From NCBI RefSeq assembly GCF_056746865.1, contig NZ_CM163382.1: a stretch of 64,000 nt of DNA. One strand, written 5' to 3'. The notes under the pieces were generated by a model. The model did no database searches. It was given only the letters and a program-made list of their open reading frames with translations, and was not told the DNA's origin. The position numbers were made by a program, and so were the translations under genes. Shown piece by piece: positions 38,329 to 50,814 of the stretch (position 1 is the stretch's first letter; the number at the start of each line of letters is the position of its first letter).

Positions 38329-39723
38329 TCAATATGCCGCTTTGTTAACGAAGCCTTTGAATACCGTCAGGAAAACGATTTTGATATCGAACCAGACGCT
38401 CCATTCGCGGATGTACTCAAGGTCGAACTCGACGCGTTTTTCCATTTTCTCCAGCGTGTCGGTTTCGCCGCGCCAGCCGTTAATCTGCGCCCAGCCGGTA
38501 ATGCCCGGTTTCACCTTATGGCGCAGCATGTAGCCTTCAATGAGCTGTCGATACTGTTCGTTATGCGCCACCGCGTGTGGACGTGGCCCGACAATCGACA
38601 TCCCGCCAGTCAGCACATTGATAAACTGCGGCAATTCGTCCAGCGAGGTGCGGCGCAGAAAGTTCCCCACTTTGGTGACGCGCGGATCGTTCTGCGTCGC
38701 CTGGGTCACCACTTTGTCGTTCTCCATCACTTTCATCGAACGGAACTTCCACACTTTGATCGGCTTGCCATCCATGCCATAGCGAGTCTGGCGGAAAATA
38801 ACCGGTCCTGGTGAACTGAGTTTTACCGCCAGCGCAATACAGCACAGCACCGGGGAGATCAGCAGCAGGATAAGCGTTGCCAGCACAATGTCTTCTGCAC
38901 GTTTTATCAGGCGGTTAACCCCGGAAAGCGGCGTGTCATACAGCGGCACCACCGGTACGCCGTTCATCTCTTCGATACGTGAATGGAGAATGTTGAAGGT
39001 AAAGACGTCGGGGATCAGCAGCACCGAACAGGTGGTGTCCGCCAATTGATGGACCAGTTTTTTCACTCGCGCGCCGTCGCACATTTGCATCGCGATATAG
39101 ACGTTATGAATCTTGCCCGCTTTTGCATCCTCTACCAGCTGTTGCAGATTGCCCGCCCAGTCGTTAGAAACGCCGCCCGGTTTTGGGTCGTGGTATACGC
39201 CCACCACTTCAAACCCTAACCACGGCTGATTACGGAAGCTCTCCATCAGCATTTGTCCGGCGGCTAAATCCCCCGCTACGGCGACCATGCGCTTGTTATA
39301 GCCATGATTACGCAGCCAGCCCGCCCCAATGCGAATACATGAACGGCAAACCACCAGTCCGATACTGGTCAGCCCATACCACGCCAGCCAGATTTTCAGT
39401 TGCGTGTCGAAATCATTGTTGAACGCCACCAGTCCGGCGCTGAAAATCACGCTTAAGGTCCAGTTTTGTAGCAGCAGGGCAAATTCTGTCGCTGCCCGAA
39501 CACCGCGCCATGAGCGATAAAAATCGGTGATGCCGCCCAACATCTGGAACACCACCAGCGTAATCAGCGCCACCAACAGGTGCATGTAGAGGAATGACAG
39601 TCCGCTCACTTCGCAAACCAGCCATAGTCCGGCAAACATGATGGTGATATCTGAAAAGCGTTGCACCATAGAGATTAACGATGCATTGGTTTTCGCTCGC
39701 TCGCGCTTTTTTAGATTTGTCAT
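38329..39723 (-). CDS. wcaJ: Undecaprenyl-phosphate glucose-1-phosphate transferase (colanic acid initiating enzyme)
   Basis: 464 aa ORF with the C-terminal bacterial sugar transferase domain (PGITGWAQINGWRGETD). Confidence 0.9.
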   Translation of the reverse strand: MTNLKKRERAKTNASLISMVQRFSDITIMFAGLWLVCEVSGLSFLYMHLLVALITLVVFQMLGGITDFYRSWRGVRAATEFALLLQNWTLSVIFSAGLVAFNNDFDTQLKIWLAWYGLTSIGLVVCRSCIRIGAGWLRNHGYNKRMVAVAGDLAAGQMLMESFRNQPWLGFEVVGVYHDPKPGGVSNDWAGNLQQLVEDAKAGKIHNVYIAMQMCDGARVKKLVHQLADTTCSVLLIPDVFTFNILHSRIEEMNGVPVVPLYDTPLSGVNRLIKRAEDIVLATLILLLISPVLCCIALAVKLSSPGPVIFRQTRYGMDGKPIKVWKFRSMKVMENDKVVTQATQNDPRVTKVGNFLRRTSLDELPQFINVLTGGMSIVGPRPHAVAHNEQYRQLIEGYMLRHKVKPGITGWAQINGWRGETDTLEKMEKRVEFDLEYIREWSVWFDIKIVFLTVFKGFVNKAAY

Positions 39724-39777
39724 CGTTGTTCCTGTTATTAGCCCCTTACCCGTAATGGGGTAAGGGAAGATCCGACA

Positions 39778-41148
39778 TTACTCGTTCAGCAACGTCAGCA
39801 GAGTTCGCGTTCGCGCTTCCATCAGCGGCACATCACCGCGTGATTCCACATTCAACCGCACCACCGGCTCGGTGTTGGAGGAGCGCAGATTAAAGCGCCA
39901 GTCGGCAAAGGTCATGCTGATGCCATCGGTGCGATCCACCGCCAGCGCCTCGCGGCTAAAGTGCTGTTCCACGCGGTTAATCGCCTCAACGGGTTGTGCC
40001 AGTTTGCTGTTGATCTCACCGCTTGCCGGAAACGCCGCCATCCGGTCGCGCACCAGTTCGCCCAGCGTTTTTCCTTTCAGGCACACCAGTTCGGCGACCA
40101 GCAGCCACGGGATCATGCCGCTGTCGCAGTAAGCGAAATCACGGAAGTAATGGTGGGCGCTCATTTCGCCACCGTAGATAGCGTCTTCCTTGCGCATACG
40201 TTCTTTAATAAAGGCGTGTCCGGTTTTCGACATTACCGGGGTGCCGCCTGCGGCAGTCACCACATCAACGGTGTTCCAGGAGAGACGTGGATCGTGGATG
40301 ATCTTCGCGCCGGGATTTTTTTCGAGGAATGCTTCTGCCAGCAGGCCGACAATGTAGTAGCCCTCAATAAACTGCCCTTTTTCGTCAAACAGGAAACAGC
40401 GGTCAAAATCGCCATCAAAGGCAATGCCCATATCCGCGCCGTGTTTGATGACCGCATTACGGGTGTCGTCGCGGCATTCCGGCAGCAACGGGTTAGGAAT
40501 ACCGTTGGGGAAATTGCCGTCCGGCGTGTTGTGCACTTTGATTAATTCCACTGGTGCGCCGAGGGCTTTAAAGCGGGCTTCAATGGCGTCCACCACCGGA
40601 CCCGCTGCGCCGTTCCCGGAGTTGATCACCAGCTTGAGCGGCGTGAGGTTTTTGACATTGATATAACCGAACAGGTGATCAACGTAAGCGTCACGCAGGT
40701 TGATTTGCCGATAGCGACCGCGTTTGGTTTCATCGACGGGAGGAAAGTCGTTGGCTTCAGCCAGACGCTGGACGTCGCGCAGTCCGGTATCACCGCTGAT
40801 CGGGCGAGCCCCCTCGCGCACCAGCTTCATGCCGTTATAATCCATCGGATTATGGCTGGCGGTAACTTCAATGCCGCCATCCACGCCGAGATGGAACGTG
40901 GCGAAATAGATCTCTTCGGTGCCGGACATGCCGATATCCAGCACATCGACGCCCGCATCCTGTAAACCTCTCGCCAGCGCCAGTTTTAAGGTTTCGCTGG
41001 TGAGGCGGACATCACCGCCTAACACAATGGTTTTCGGTTTGAGAAATTCGCCATAAGCGCGACCAATGCGCCAGGCAATATCTTCATTCAGTTCTTCGCC
41101 TAATTTCCCGCGAATATCATAGGCTTTAAAGCAGGTTAATTTTTTCAT
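39778..41148 (-). CDS. cpsG: Phosphomannomutase
   Basis: Start trimmed to [25 protein letters not shown] (ATG at 41148), 456 aa; contains the phosphoserine-site motif TASHNP. Confidence 0.9.
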   Translation of the reverse strand: MKKLTCFKAYDIRGKLGEELNEDIAWRIGRAYGEFLKPKTIVLGGDVRLTSETLKLALARGLQDAGVDVLDIGMSGTEEIYFATFHLGVDGGIEVTASHNPMDYNGMKLVREGARPISGDTGLRDVQRLAEANDFPPVDETKRGRYRQINLRDAYVDHLFGYINVKNLTPLKLVINSGNGAAGPVVDAIEARFKALGAPVELIKVHNTPDGNFPNGIPNPLLPECRDDTRNAVIKHGADMGIAFDGDFDRCFLFDEKGQFIEGYYIVGLLAEAFLEKNPGAKIIHDPRLSWNTVDVVTAAGGTPVMSKTGHAFIKERMRKEDAIYGGEMSAHHYFRDFAYCDSGMIPWLLVAELVCLKGKTLGELVRDRMAAFPASGEINSKLAQPVEAINRVEQHFSREALAVDRTDGISMTFADWRFNLRSSNTEPVVRLNVESRGDVPLMEARTRTLLTLLNE

Positions 41149-41254
41149 ATCGTTACCCTTTTTCAGGCAATAGTTGGCCCTGACCGAAGCGGCCAATTTT
41201 GTTTTTGTCGTTATTTACACCGCGGTTTCGCATTCATTGCCTGATGCGACGCTG

Positions 41255-41340
<86 letters not shown>

Positions 41341-42777
41341 TTACACCCGTCCGTAGCGATCCGCGAAACGCACCACATCATCCTCTTCGAGATAAGAGCC
41401 GGAGCGCACTTCAATTAAATCGAGCGGAATTTTCCCCGGGTTTTCCAGGCAGTGCGTCGCCCCCAGCGGAATATAAATCGACTCGTTTTCACCAAGCAGT
41501 TTGATATCACCGTCGATAGTGACTTTTGCCGTTCCCGCGACCACTACCCAGTGTTCCGCGCGATGATGATGCATCTGTACCGACAAGCCTTCGCCCGGTT
41601 TCACGGTGATGCGTTTCACCTGGTAGCGGTCGCCCGCGTCGATAGAGTCATATTTGCCCCACGGGCGATAGACTTCGCGATGCACCCGATGCTCATGGCG
41701 ACCATCGGCTTTGATCTGCTCGACCACTTTTTTCACATCCTGCACCGCGTTACGGTCGGCAATCAGCACCGCATCTTTGGTCTGCACCACCACCAGATCT
41801 TTCACCCCGACGGTGGTGACCAGGCCAGATTCGGCGTACACATAGCTGTTTTCAGTTTTGTGATTAATCACATCGCCGTGGCAAACGTTGCCTTCCGCGG
41901 TGTGGGCGCTGATCTCCCATAAAGAGGACCAGGAACCGACATCGCTCCAGCCCGCATCCATCGGCACCACAACGGCATCTGCCGTACGTTCCATGACCGC
42001 GTAATCCACCGACTCTTCCGGGCAGGCCAGAAACGCTTCTTCATCCACGCGAATAAAATCGAGATCCGGATCGACGGCGCTCATCGCTTTTTCACAGGCG
42101 TCGAGAATATCCGGGCGATATTTTTTCAGTTCTTCGAGATAGCGTCCGGCGCGGAACAGGAACATACCGCTGTTCCAGTAATATTCGCCGCTTGCCACAT
42201 AGGCCTGAGCGGTTTCCAGATTCGGTTTTTCGACAAACTGCGCCACTTCAAAGGCCACCGTATCCTGCTCACCCGCCGACACTTCACCGCGACGAATATA
42301 GCCATAACCGGTTTCAGGTAGATCCGGCACAATGCCGAAGGTCACCAGCTTGCCCGCTTCGGCATATGGCATGGCATTACGCACGGCGGCACGGAACGCG
42401 TCTTCATCGGCAATCACATGATCCGCCGCCAGCACCAGCATTAACGGGTCGCTCTCCGGACTATGACGTGTTGCCGCCAGCGCCGCCAGCGCAATGGCTG
42501 GTGCAGTGTTACGCCCTGCCGGTTCGAGAATAATGTTCTCGGTGAGTTTGTTCAGTTGGCGCAGCTGTTCCGCGACAATAAAGCGGTGCTGCTCATTGCA
42601 AATCACCACCGGGCTTTCGCACTCTACGCCTTTCAGGCGGCAGATGGTGGTTTGCAGCATGGTGAGATCGCCTTTCAGGCATAAAAACTGCTTGGGGTAA
42701 AGTACGCGGGAAAGCGGCCATAAGCGGCTACCGGAGCCACCTGCCATCACAACTGGATAGAGTTTCGACTGCGCCAT
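41341..42777 (-). CDS. cpsB: Mannose-1-phosphate guanylyltransferase
   Basis: 478 aa ORF ([32 protein letters not shown]...). Confidence 0.9.
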   Translation of the reverse strand: MAQSKLYPVVMAGGSGSRLWPLSRVLYPKQFLCLKGDLTMLQTTICRLKGVECESPVVICNEQHRFIVAEQLRQLNKLTENIILEPAGRNTAPAIALAALAATRHSPESDPLMLVLAADHVIADEDAFRAAVRNAMPYAEAGKLVTFGIVPDLPETGYGYIRRGEVSAGEQDTVAFEVAQFVEKPNLETAQAYVASGEYYWNSGMFLFRAGRYLEELKKYRPDILDACEKAMSAVDPDLDFIRVDEEAFLACPEESVDYAVMERTADAVVVPMDAGWSDVGSWSSLWEISAHTAEGNVCHGDVINHKTENSYVYAESGLVTTVGVKDLVVVQTKDAVLIADRNAVQDVKKVVEQIKADGRHEHRVHREVYRPWGKYDSIDAGDRYQVKRITVKPGEGLSVQMHHHRAEHWVVVAGTAKVTIDGDIKLLGENESIYIPLGATHCLENPGKIPLDLIEVRSGSYLEEDDVVRFADRYGRV

Positions 42778-42779
42778 AA

Positions 42780-44003
42780 TTATCCCCGAATATCATTTAT
42801 AAATTGACGTAACACGTTCTCTTTATCGAGCGTGCGTTCGGCATATTCACGTGCCACCGTGTTGTGTTTGGGCAGCAGGAGCGCCTGACGAATCCCCGCC
42901 ACCAGCGCCTCGACCGATTCCGGTTCAACGCAAACCGCAATGCCCGGAAAGGTTTCGCAAAGCTGTCCCAGTTCTGTGTGGGCTTCTGCAGTAATCACCG
43001 CGTTACCGCCTACCGCCAGAATATTGGTCAGTTTCGACGGCAATACGGCATCTGCCGCGCCGCGTTTTTGCACCACCAGATGGCAATCCCCCATCTTCAG
43101 CAGTGCGGGTAAAGCGTCATACGATTGCAGCGGGAAGAATTGCATGTTGTGCAGTCCACGCTGCTGCGCCATTTTTTCCAGCCGCGCTTTGCCGCCGCCC
43201 TGCCCGACAATGGCAAAAATCAGCGGTTCATCACGCAGGCGTTCGGCAGCTTCAATAACGTTTTCCAGCCCCTGCTTTTCACCAATATTGCCGGAGTAAA
43301 GAATGATTTTTTTGTTATCCGGCAGGCCAAGCTGGTTACGAAGTGCATCAACATCGGCGTCTGCAACATGCTGAAAACGGGCGATTTCCGACCAGTTGGG
43401 GAAGAAGATGACGTTTTCCGCCGCCACGCCTTTATCGATGGCTTTATTCATCATCGAACGCGAAATCGTGGAGACGTTATCGACGTTATGCAGTCCGCTA
43501 CGTTCGAACGCCGTCGCCAGCTGTGCCACTTTGCCGCCTTTGCCTTTTCCGGCAAGGCCCAGCCCCAGCATGGCATCTACTTCGTAATCCTGAATATGCA
43601 GCACGGTACGCGCACCAGAGAGTTTCGCCAGCAGGCGCATTCCCGGCGTGCAAAACAGCGTTGGCACCACGCCGATAATGCGATCCGGCTTCCAGCGACG
43701 TTGCGCCATCAGAGGAAAGAAACTGCTGACGGCAAAACTGCCGAGATGTAACAGACGTTTCAGGGTGCTCGGCTGTTTTGGCACGTACAGCGGGCAGCGC
43801 CACACCGTGGCGGCCCCCTCTTCTCGTTTGTACCGCCAGGCGGAATAGTTCTCGCCCACCTGCCATTGCGGGTAGTAAGGCGGTGCGGTAATAACCCGCA
43901 CCTCATGACCTTGTGCCGCCAGCCATTCCACCATCTCTCCGGTGTATTTGCCGATGCCGGTTAACTCCGGCGAGTAGTTAATGCCGTAGACCAGTATTTT
44001 CAT
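42780..44003 (-). CDS. wcaI: Colanic acid glycosyltransferase WcaI
   Basis: 407 aa GT4-type ORF ([24 protein letters not shown]...). Confidence 0.85.
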   Translation of the reverse strand: MKILVYGINYSPELTGIGKYTGEMVEWLAAQGHEVRVITAPPYYPQWQVGENYSAWRYKREEGAATVWRCPLYVPKQPSTLKRLLHLGSFAVSSFFPLMAQRRWKPDRIIGVVPTLFCTPGMRLLAKLSGARTVLHIQDYEVDAMLGLGLAGKGKGGKVAQLATAFERSGLHNVDNVSTISRSMMNKAIDKGVAAENVIFFPNWSEIARFQHVADADVDALRNQLGLPDNKKIILYSGNIGEKQGLENVIEAAERLRDEPLIFAIVGQGGGKARLEKMAQQRGLHNMQFFPLQSYDALPALLKMGDCHLVVQKRGAADAVLPSKLTNILAVGGNAVITAEAHTELGQLCETFPGIAVCVEPESVEALVAGIRQALLLPKHNTVAREYAERTLDKENVLRQFINDIRG

Positions 44004-44479
44004 AATCCGGGTACTCCGGCACGCTTCTCAGCGAGAAAATAGGCGCGGCTGTTAGCGTGAACATTGTCACTGGCGAGCAGTGCGTCCGGCGTCAGCCAGC
44101 GGTAATCGTCATGCTGCTCATCCGGCAGTAACAGCTCTTCTTCCGCTACTCTGAAGCGAAAACCGAGCACCACATAGTGAGTGGTGAAATCCTTGCCGGA
44201 GAAGTTATCGTCATAAAAGTGCTGCCAGACACCGTAGAACTGGCCTGCTGTTATCGGCAGACGCAGCCCCAGTTCCGCCATCGTCAGCCGCTCAAATGCG
44301 GCTTCCAGCGTTTCATCTTTCTGCACGCGCCCTCCCGGCACAAACCAGTAACCCTGCGCCGGGCGGTTGGTTCTTTTGCCAAGCAGAAACTCGCCGCGAC
44401 TGTTCTCGACAATAAAGTCGAGAGAGACAAGCGGTGTGGAGTGCACTACCGTGGCAAAGTCTTCCTGACGTAAAAACAT
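44000..44479 (-). CDS. gmm: GDP-mannose mannosyl hydrolase (Nudix)
   Basis: 159 aa ORF from [12 protein letters not shown] with a Nudix-type motif. Confidence 0.85.
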   Translation of the reverse strand: MFLRQEDFATVVHSTPLVSLDFIVENSRGEFLLGKRTNRPAQGYWFVPGGRVQKDETLEAAFERLTMAELGLRLPITAGQFYGVWQHFYDDNFSGKDFTTHYVVLGFRFRVAEEELLLPDEQHDDYRWLTPDALLASDNVHANSRAYFLAEKRAGVPGL

Positions 44480-44481
44480 CA

Positions 44482-45447
44482 TTACCCCCGAAAGCGGTCT
44501 TGATTCTCAAGGAACCACTGGTAAGTGCTGGCAAGCCCCGCTTCCAGTGAGATTTCGTGATACCAGCCAAGCTGATGCAGGCGCGTCACATCCAGCAGTT
44601 TGCGCGGCGTACCATCCGGTTTGCTGGCATCAAAAACCACCCGACCTTTGTAACCCACCACTTTGGCGATGGTTTGCGCCAGCTCGCGGATAGTGCAGTC
44701 AACGCCCGTGCCGACGTTAATGTGCGACAGCATCGGTTGGGTGTTCTCCAGCCAGACTTCGTGCGCCAGCTCCATCACATGAATGCTTGCCGCCGCCATA
44801 TCATCGACGTGCAGAAATTCACGCATCGGTGTACCGCTGCCCCATACCACCACGTCCGGCGCATTCTGTGCCGTCGCCTCGTGGAAGCGACGCAGCAATG
44901 CTGGGATCACATGCGAATTACTCGGGTGGAAGTTGTCATGCGGCCCGTACAGGTTGGTCGGCATGACCGAGCGGTAATCGCGTCCGTACTGACGGTTGTA
45001 AGATTCGCACAGTTTGATCCCGGCGATTTTGGCAATGGCGTAAGGCTCGTTGGTCGGCTCCAGCGTGCCCTGCAATAACTCGCTTTCTGCCATCGGCTGT
45101 TTTGCCAGTTTCGGGTAGATGCAGGACGATCCAAGAAACAGCAGTTTGTTCACGTCGTTCTGATGCGCGGCGTGAATGATGTTGCTCTCAATCATCATGT
45201 TCTGGTAGATGAAATCCGCCGGATAGGTGTTGTTGGCAACAATGCCGCCCACTTTCGCCGCCGCCAGATAGACCTGGTCAATGCGTTCGCTGGCAAAGAA
45301 ATCATGCACCGCGCGGCTGTCCAGCAGGTTCAGTTCATCGCGGGTACGTAATACCAGCTCCACATCACCGCGCTGTTCGAGCTGCCGCTTGATGGCAGAA
45401 CCGACCATCCCGCGATGGCCAGCGATAAAAATGCGTTGTTTACTCAT
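44482..45447 (-). CDS. fcl: GDP-L-fucose synthase
   Basis: 321 aa ORF ([32 protein letters not shown]...). Confidence 0.95.
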   Translation of the reverse strand: MSKQRIFIAGHRGMVGSAIKRQLEQRGDVELVLRTRDELNLLDSRAVHDFFASERIDQVYLAAAKVGGIVANNTYPADFIYQNMMIESNIIHAAHQNDVNKLLFLGSSCIYPKLAKQPMAESELLQGTLEPTNEPYAIAKIAGIKLCESYNRQYGRDYRSVMPTNLYGPHDNFHPSNSHVIPALLRRFHEATAQNAPDVVVWGSGTPMREFLHVDDMAAASIHVMELAHEVWLENTQPMLSHINVGTGVDCTIRELAQTIAKVVGYKGRVVFDASKPDGTPRKLLDVTRLHQLGWYHEISLEAGLASTYQWFLENQDRFRG

Positions 45448-45449
45448 GC

Positions 45450-46571
45450 TTATGACTCCAGCGCGATCGCCACGTCGTAGCCGTGAGATTTCAGCAGAGA
45501 GTGTTTTTTCGCCGCTTCGAGGTCATTAGCCACCATTTCAGACACCATCTCTCTGAGGGTGATTTCCGGTTTCCAGCCCAGTTTTTCGTGCGCTTTGGTC
45601 GGGTCGCCGAGCAGCGTTTCAACTTCTGCCGGACGGAAGTAACGCGGGTCAACGGCGATAATCACATCGCCCGGTTTAACGCCCGGCGCGTCATGCCCGG
45701 TGACGGAAACCACAATGCCCTTCTCTTCAACACCCGTGCCTTCAAAGCGCAGTTTGATGCCCAGCTGTGCTGCCGCCATTTCCACGAACTGACGTACGGA
45801 GTACTGAACGCCGGTCGCGATAACGAAATCTTCCGGCTGTTCCTGTTGCAGCATCATCCACTGCATTTTTACGTAGTCTTTGGCATGGCCCCAGTCACGC
45901 AGGGAATCCATATTGCCGAGGTACAGGCACGATTCCAGCCCCTGGGCGATGTTGGCGATTGCGCGGGTGATTTTGCGGGTAACGAAGGTTTCGCCGCGGC
46001 GCGGGGATTCATGGTTGAAGAGAATACCGTTACAGGCGTACATGCCGTAGGATTCGCGGTAGTTAACGGTGATCCAGTAGGCGTACAGTTTGGCGACAGC
46101 ATACGGAGAGCGTGGGTAGAACGGCGTGGTTTCTTTCTGCGGAATTTCCTGCACCAGACCGTACAGTTCAGAAGTGGAAGCCTGATAGAAACGAGTTTTC
46201 TTTTCCAGACCGAGGAAGCGGATCGCCTCGAGCAGGCGCAGCGTACCCATCGCATCAACGTCTGCGGTATATTCCGGTGACTCAAAAGAGACCGCAACGT
46301 GGCTCATTGCGCCCAGGTTATACACTTCATCCGGCTGCACTTCACGCAAAATGCGTGTCAGGTTGGAGGTATCACTCAGGTCGCCATAATGCAGATGGAA
46401 TTTCGGGTTGCAGGTGTGCGGATCCTGATAAATGTGATCCACGCGCTCGGTGTTGAATGACGATGCACGACGCTTAATACCATGCACCTCGTAACCTTTT
46501 TCCAGCAGAAACTCTGCCAGGTAAGAACCGTCTTGTCCGGTTACACCGGTGATGAGAGCGACTTTTGACAT
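45450..46571 (-). CDS. gmd: GDP-mannose 4,6-dehydratase
   Basis: 373 aa ORF ([35 protein letters not shown]...). Confidence 0.95.
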
Positions 46572-46596
46572 GTCTTATTCCTCTGTATTTTTGAAT

Positions 46597-47145
46597 TTAT
46601 TCAGTTTCAACGCGTTCGCGTATCACCACTGCGGGATTCCCCCGGCAAACCACATTTGCCGGAAGCGATTTAAAAACACTGCTTCGTGCACCCACGACGG
46701 TGCCGTCGCCGATTGTGACGCCTGGGGCAACAAAGACATCGGTTGCCAGCCAGCATTTCTCGCCAATCACAATAGGCGTGGCGTTAATGGTGAAATGTTG
46801 ACTTGCATGGTCGTGGCTACCGGTGCATAAATAACTTTTTTGCGATATCACCGAATGTGCGCCAATGGTTATTTCACCGAGGGTATATAAATTGACGTCA
46901 TCGCCGACCCACGCGTAATCACCTAAGGTTAATTTCCACGGATAGGTAATTTTTACTGACGGACGAATAACTACGTTTTTTCCTATTTTTGCGCCGAATA
47001 AACGTAATAAAAAAGCCCGCCAGCGATACAATACTTGTGGCGACCAGGCAAATATTGTTGCCTGTACTGCCCACCATAATTGCACTTTAATAGCGTTGCC
47101 GCCCCGGAACCCTTTCGGCACCGAGAAACCGCTTAAATCCTGCAT
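46597..47145 (-). CDS. wcaF: Colanic acid acetyltransferase WcaF (hexapeptide repeat)
   Basis: 182 aa ORF with left-handed beta-helix repeats. Confidence 0.85.
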   Translation of the reverse strand: MQDLSGFSVPKGFRGGNAIKVQLWWAVQATIFAWSPQVLYRWRAFLLRLFGAKIGKNVVIRPSVKITYPWKLTLGDYAWVGDDVNLYTLGEITIGAHSVISQKSYLCTGSHDHASQHFTINATPIVIGEKCWLATDVFVAPGVTIGDGTVVGARSSVFKSLPANVVCRGNPAVVIRERVETE

Positions 47146-47160
47146 CGTTTTCCCTTATAT

Positions 47161-47907
47161 TCAGCTTTTGTTATATAAGGCTTTCGTCTTTGAGGTAGTA
47201 CGTTGGCGTAAATGCCAGGATAATTCTGCCCAGAAGCCAGGCACATGTAATATCTGCCGTTGGACTTTTTTGGCGTCAGCACACAATTCCATATTATTGG
47301 TGGTTGATACCCCACCCATGGAAAATTCAGACACCAGGCCATTGAGTTTTTTAAATGCATAACCTGCTTTATACATTTTAGCTGCCAGCGCGTAATCAGA
47401 AGAAACTTTATATTCCAGGTCATAACGCCATTTTTTCAAACCGGATACCGGGAAAAATATCGCCTGATGGCTGGCGGGCAGGCTGTGATAAATATACCAA
47501 CCCGGTTTAGCACTACGCTTAATTTTATGCCCGTCGCCAAAATCCAGCAGCGCATCGCCGGTGATCATCATGTTATCTTTTTGCATTTTTAACTTACGGA
47601 CAAAATTTGCGGCATCCTGATGAAAAATATCGCCCGAATTGAGAAACAACGCGAACTTGCCTTGTGCCATCGCAATGCCCTTGTTCATGGCGTCGTAGAT
47701 ACCGTTATCTGGCTCGCTGACAAAGCGTAGGTTATAGATACTATTGAGATTTTCCAGATACTCACGGGTACCGTCGTTGGAACCGCCATCGACAACAATC
47801 CATTCGAAGCTGATATCGTCCGCCTGCGCCAGATGCGCCAGCGAGGCATGTGTTTTGACTATCCCTTCGAGGTTACGAAACGCGACAGTGATTATGCTAA
47901 GCAACAT
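47161..47907 (-). CDS. wcaE: Colanic acid GT2-family glycosyltransferase WcaE
   Basis: 248 aa ORF ([23 protein letters not shown]...[10 protein letters not shown]). Confidence 0.85.
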   Translation of the reverse strand: MLLSIITVAFRNLEGIVKTHASLAHLAQADDISFEWIVVDGGSNDGTREYLENLNSIYNLRFVSEPDNGIYDAMNKGIAMAQGKFALFLNSGDIFHQDAANFVRKLKMQKDNMMITGDALLDFGDGHKIKRSAKPGWYIYHSLPASHQAIFFPVSGLKKWRYDLEYKVSSDYALAAKMYKAGYAFKKLNGLVSEFSMGGVSTTNNMELCADAKKVQRQILHVPGFWAELSWHLRQRTTSKTKALYNKS

Positions 47908-47917
47908 GTTCTTATTC

Positions 47918-49135
47918 TTACCTCGTAATATTTAACGCTTTTCGCAAAATAAACGGACAGACGATTAAAAATGCATATTCCGGGCTAAATATCGAACCGG
48001 TAAAAAACAGCGATACCGGAGTAAAAAGATATAATTGCACGCGAAAATTGCGGTTATCACCAAAAGCGTTGATCATCATTTTTATCACTTTCCCCATGTA
48101 CCACAGCGATAAAAACACCGCGAACCAGGAAAAATAAATAATCAGCAGATACAAACCATTGTCTATGGTTTTTCCGACATCCGCACCGTTAAATATTCCG
48201 AATGATGCGACATATTCATAAAGTGAGCCAAATCTGACTACACCGTCAATATGGGTCAAAGAATAACCGACCATCACCAGCGGACCGACAATACGATAAT
48301 ACGATGACGATCCTTCCGTACCTAAATCGCCCAGACGGGTGGAAATATAAGGAAACGCGATTACCACACCAACCAGGAATACAGCCAGAGAAATCAATGC
48401 TAACGGTAACTTTTTCTTAATCGCCTCTTTATTCAGATATTGAAATGCCCACTCCAGCAAATAAAACAGGATAAAGGTCATAACCCCTGAAAACGATCCG
48501 GATAATATTATCCCTGCGAGAATCATAGCATCGGTTTTAGGCGTTTTGATACCAAACTGTTTGATGCTGAGCCAAATTGAGATTAATGCCAGAGCGAAAA
48601 ATGCCGGTTCGAAATAAAGTGCTGTCGTGCGCTTGCCGCCGAATTTAATGAAATTCAGCACATAGCTGTTGCTGTAAATCAGATATTTCGAAATCGACTC
48701 CATAATACTGCTGCCACCGGTGAGGATAATTTGCGCCATCTCCACCGCCGCCAGCGCCACCACCAGCCCGACCACCAGATAAAAGAAACGTAATATCTTG
48801 CGATGGTTGTGTGGCGAAATCGTTTTAAAGCGAATACTCCACACCATGCCAATAATGATCACAATATAGACAAACAGCATGGTTGATGTGACGTATTTAC
48901 TGGCATCCAGCGACTGACCAAACAGATAGTTAAACGCCGTGAGTCCCGCACCAATCCCTAAGGCAATCATCAATTTTTTAACGCTGATGCGTTCTAAAAA
49001 CAGCAGTAACAAGACAGGTAAAAAAGTGACGATGGTGATGGGGAAACTTTCGCCAAGCTGGGCGATTTTGACGTTAACCAGCAGGTAAATCAGCGGCAGC
49101 AACAGGTAGCTACAGATTCTGATAGAAGTTGACAT
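47918..49135 (-). CDS. wcaD: Colanic acid polymerase WcaD
   Basis: Start trimmed to [26 protein letters not shown] (ATG at 49135), 405 aa polytopic membrane protein. Confidence 0.85.
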   Translation of the reverse strand: MSTSIRICSYLLLPLIYLLVNVKIAQLGESFPITIVTFLPVLLLLFLERISVKKLMIALGIGAGLTAFNYLFGQSLDASKYVTSTMLFVYIVIIIGMVWSIRFKTISPHNHRKILRFFYLVVGLVVALAAVEMAQIILTGGSSIMESISKYLIYSNSYVLNFIKFGGKRTTALYFEPAFFALALISIWLSIKQFGIKTPKTDAMILAGIILSGSFSGVMTFILFYLLEWAFQYLNKEAIKKKLPLALISLAVFLVGVVIAFPYISTRLGDLGTEGSSSYYRIVGPLVMVGYSLTHIDGVVRFGSLYEYVASFGIFNGADVGKTIDNGLYLLIIYFSWFAVFLSLWYMGKVIKMMINAFGDNRNFRVQLYLFTPVSLFFTGSIFSPEYAFLIVCPFILRKALNITR

Positions 49136-50327
49136 ACTCCTCCAGCATCTGTTGTCCACTGTAGGCGGCGCGGCTGCGTTGGCTGAACTCAGCCAGCGTG
49201 GTACCAAATATCGCCTGCGCGATTTCCGGTTTGCTTAACTGCACCAGTTGCAGCACGTCTTCTTCGCTGACGGTTTTACCGCCGGATTTTTGCAACACTT
49301 CCCGCGCCGCATCGCTATGGGTGGCAATCACCGGCACGCCAATCGATAGCGCCTCACACAAAATCAGCGGGTAGTTATCGACGCGAGAACTGAACACCAG
49401 CGCATCCATCTGATTGAGCGCGCTCATCAGCTTACGTTTGTCGGTTTCAAAGCCGTGATTAACCACGTTGCCAGCGGTGAACGGCGAAAACTTACCAAAG
49501 GTATGCAGTTCGATTTTGTCGCCCAGCGCCATCATCTCGCGTACCAGTTGCTGGTTAGTTTTGCCGTCGTAACGCAGATCATGCGCCACCACCGCGATTT
49601 TCGGCTTGCCCTGGGTTTCGCGCACCGGAGGCAAGTCCGCCAGAATTGCTTCGGTTGCCATATCAATACCATTATTGATAATCCGGCAACGCCCTGGCCC
49701 GTACAGACTATTGAAAGCGTCAGCCACATGCTGGCTGGGGGAAATAAACTGACAGCCCAGCGCCAGCATCTCGCGGAATAACTGGCGTTTACCCGCCACC
49801 AGCTGGTGCGCGCGATCAATCTTCACCGGCGGATAGTTATTTAAGGTCGGGCATTTCTGGCAGCCCGTTTTCCAGCCTTCACAACCGTCAGTAAAGGCGC
49901 AGCGCCCGGTAACGCTCCAGTGGTCGTGCAGCGTCCAGACCAGAGTGACATCCGGTTTGTGGTTTTTCACCTTTTCGCAAAAGCGCACCACGCTCTTGAG
50001 ATTCAACCAGTAGCTGTGCAGCACATGAAAATGCAGGACCACCGGACCCGGTGTGCGAGTAATGGTGCGATATAACTCATTGAAATTGCCAAACAGATCG
50101 CGATTAAACAGACGAAACAGTGCAATGTTCGCCATCGCGGTCATCCGCGGCGTATGTTTGATGACCTGCGGATAGTTCTGATGGCTGACGCTCTCTTTGC
50201 CGCCTTTGCCGTAACCGTAGACAAAATGTGACGCCAGCCCCTGTTGCAGCGCACGCTGGTGGAGATCTAACGCCACACCTGCTGCCCCGCCTTCCGCCAG
50301 TCGCACATTAAATTGCAGAATATTCAT
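49110..50327 (-). CDS. wcaC: Colanic acid glycosyltransferase WcaC
   Basis: 405 aa GT4-type ORF (MNILQFNVRLAEGGAAGVALDLHQRALQQG...). Confidence 0.85.
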   Translation of the reverse strand: MNILQFNVRLAEGGAAGVALDLHQRALQQGLASHFVYGYGKGGKESVSHQNYPQVIKHTPRMTAMANIALFRLFNRDLFGNFNELYRTITRTPGPVVLHFHVLHSYWLNLKSVVRFCEKVKNHKPDVTLVWTLHDHWSVTGRCAFTDGCEGWKTGCQKCPTLNNYPPVKIDRAHQLVAGKRQLFREMLALGCQFISPSQHVADAFNSLYGPGRCRIINNGIDMATEAILADLPPVRETQGKPKIAVVAHDLRYDGKTNQQLVREMMALGDKIELHTFGKFSPFTAGNVVNHGFETDKRKLMSALNQMDALVFSSRVDNYPLILCEALSIGVPVIATHSDAAREVLQKSGGKTVSEEDVLQLVQLSKPEIAQAIFGTTLAEFSQRSRAAYSGQQMLEEYVNFYQNL

Positions 50328-50812
50328 TTAATTACCTTCACTCGCGCTTTTTCTCCCACCACCAGCGCGTTGTCCGGGACAGAGTCGAGCACCACGCTGC
50401 CCGCGCCCACGGTGACGTTGTTACCAATCGTGATATCACCAAGAATAATGACGTTGGCACCGAGTTCGACGCCGTTGCCAATGTGTGGACATGCCATGTT
50501 ATCGGCACCACGATTGCCGATAGTGACGCCGTGGCGAATGGTAAAATCATCCCCCGCTACCACGTTTTTATTGATCACTACGGCGTAACCGTGATGGATA
50601 GTAAAGCGGCGGCCAATGGTCGCGGCAGCCTGGATTTCATAACCGAAAAAGCATTCGGTGATAATGCGATACAGCACCAGCAGCGGGGCCGCCCAAAGAT
50701 TGTTGAGGACGTTCTTTTTGCGCCACACCGAACAAAAATGAGCAACGCGATAGGCAAGAACCATGCAGCACGGGCGTAAACTCCAGCTGTTGGCGCGCAG
50801 ATCTTCCAGCAT
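50324..50812 (-). CDS. wcaB: Colanic acid acetyltransferase WcaB (serine-acetyltransferase-like)
   Basis: 162 aa hexapeptide-repeat ORF. Confidence 0.85.
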   Translation of the reverse strand: MLEDLRANSWSLRPCCMVLAYRVAHFCSVWRKKNVLNNLWAAPLLVLYRIITECFFGYEIQAAATIGRRFTIHHGYAVVINKNVVAGDDFTIRHGVTIGNRGADNMACPHIGNGVELGANVIILGDITIGNNVTVGAGSVVLDSVPDNALVVGEKARVKVIK

Positions 50813-50814
50813 CT

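Noticed and set aside
37089-38814. Long plus-strand ORFs (up to 212 aa) antisense to wzxC and wcaJ
   Set aside because: Produced by the GC-rich antisense strand of real genes; translations are Arg/His/Gln-rich with no domain-like features.
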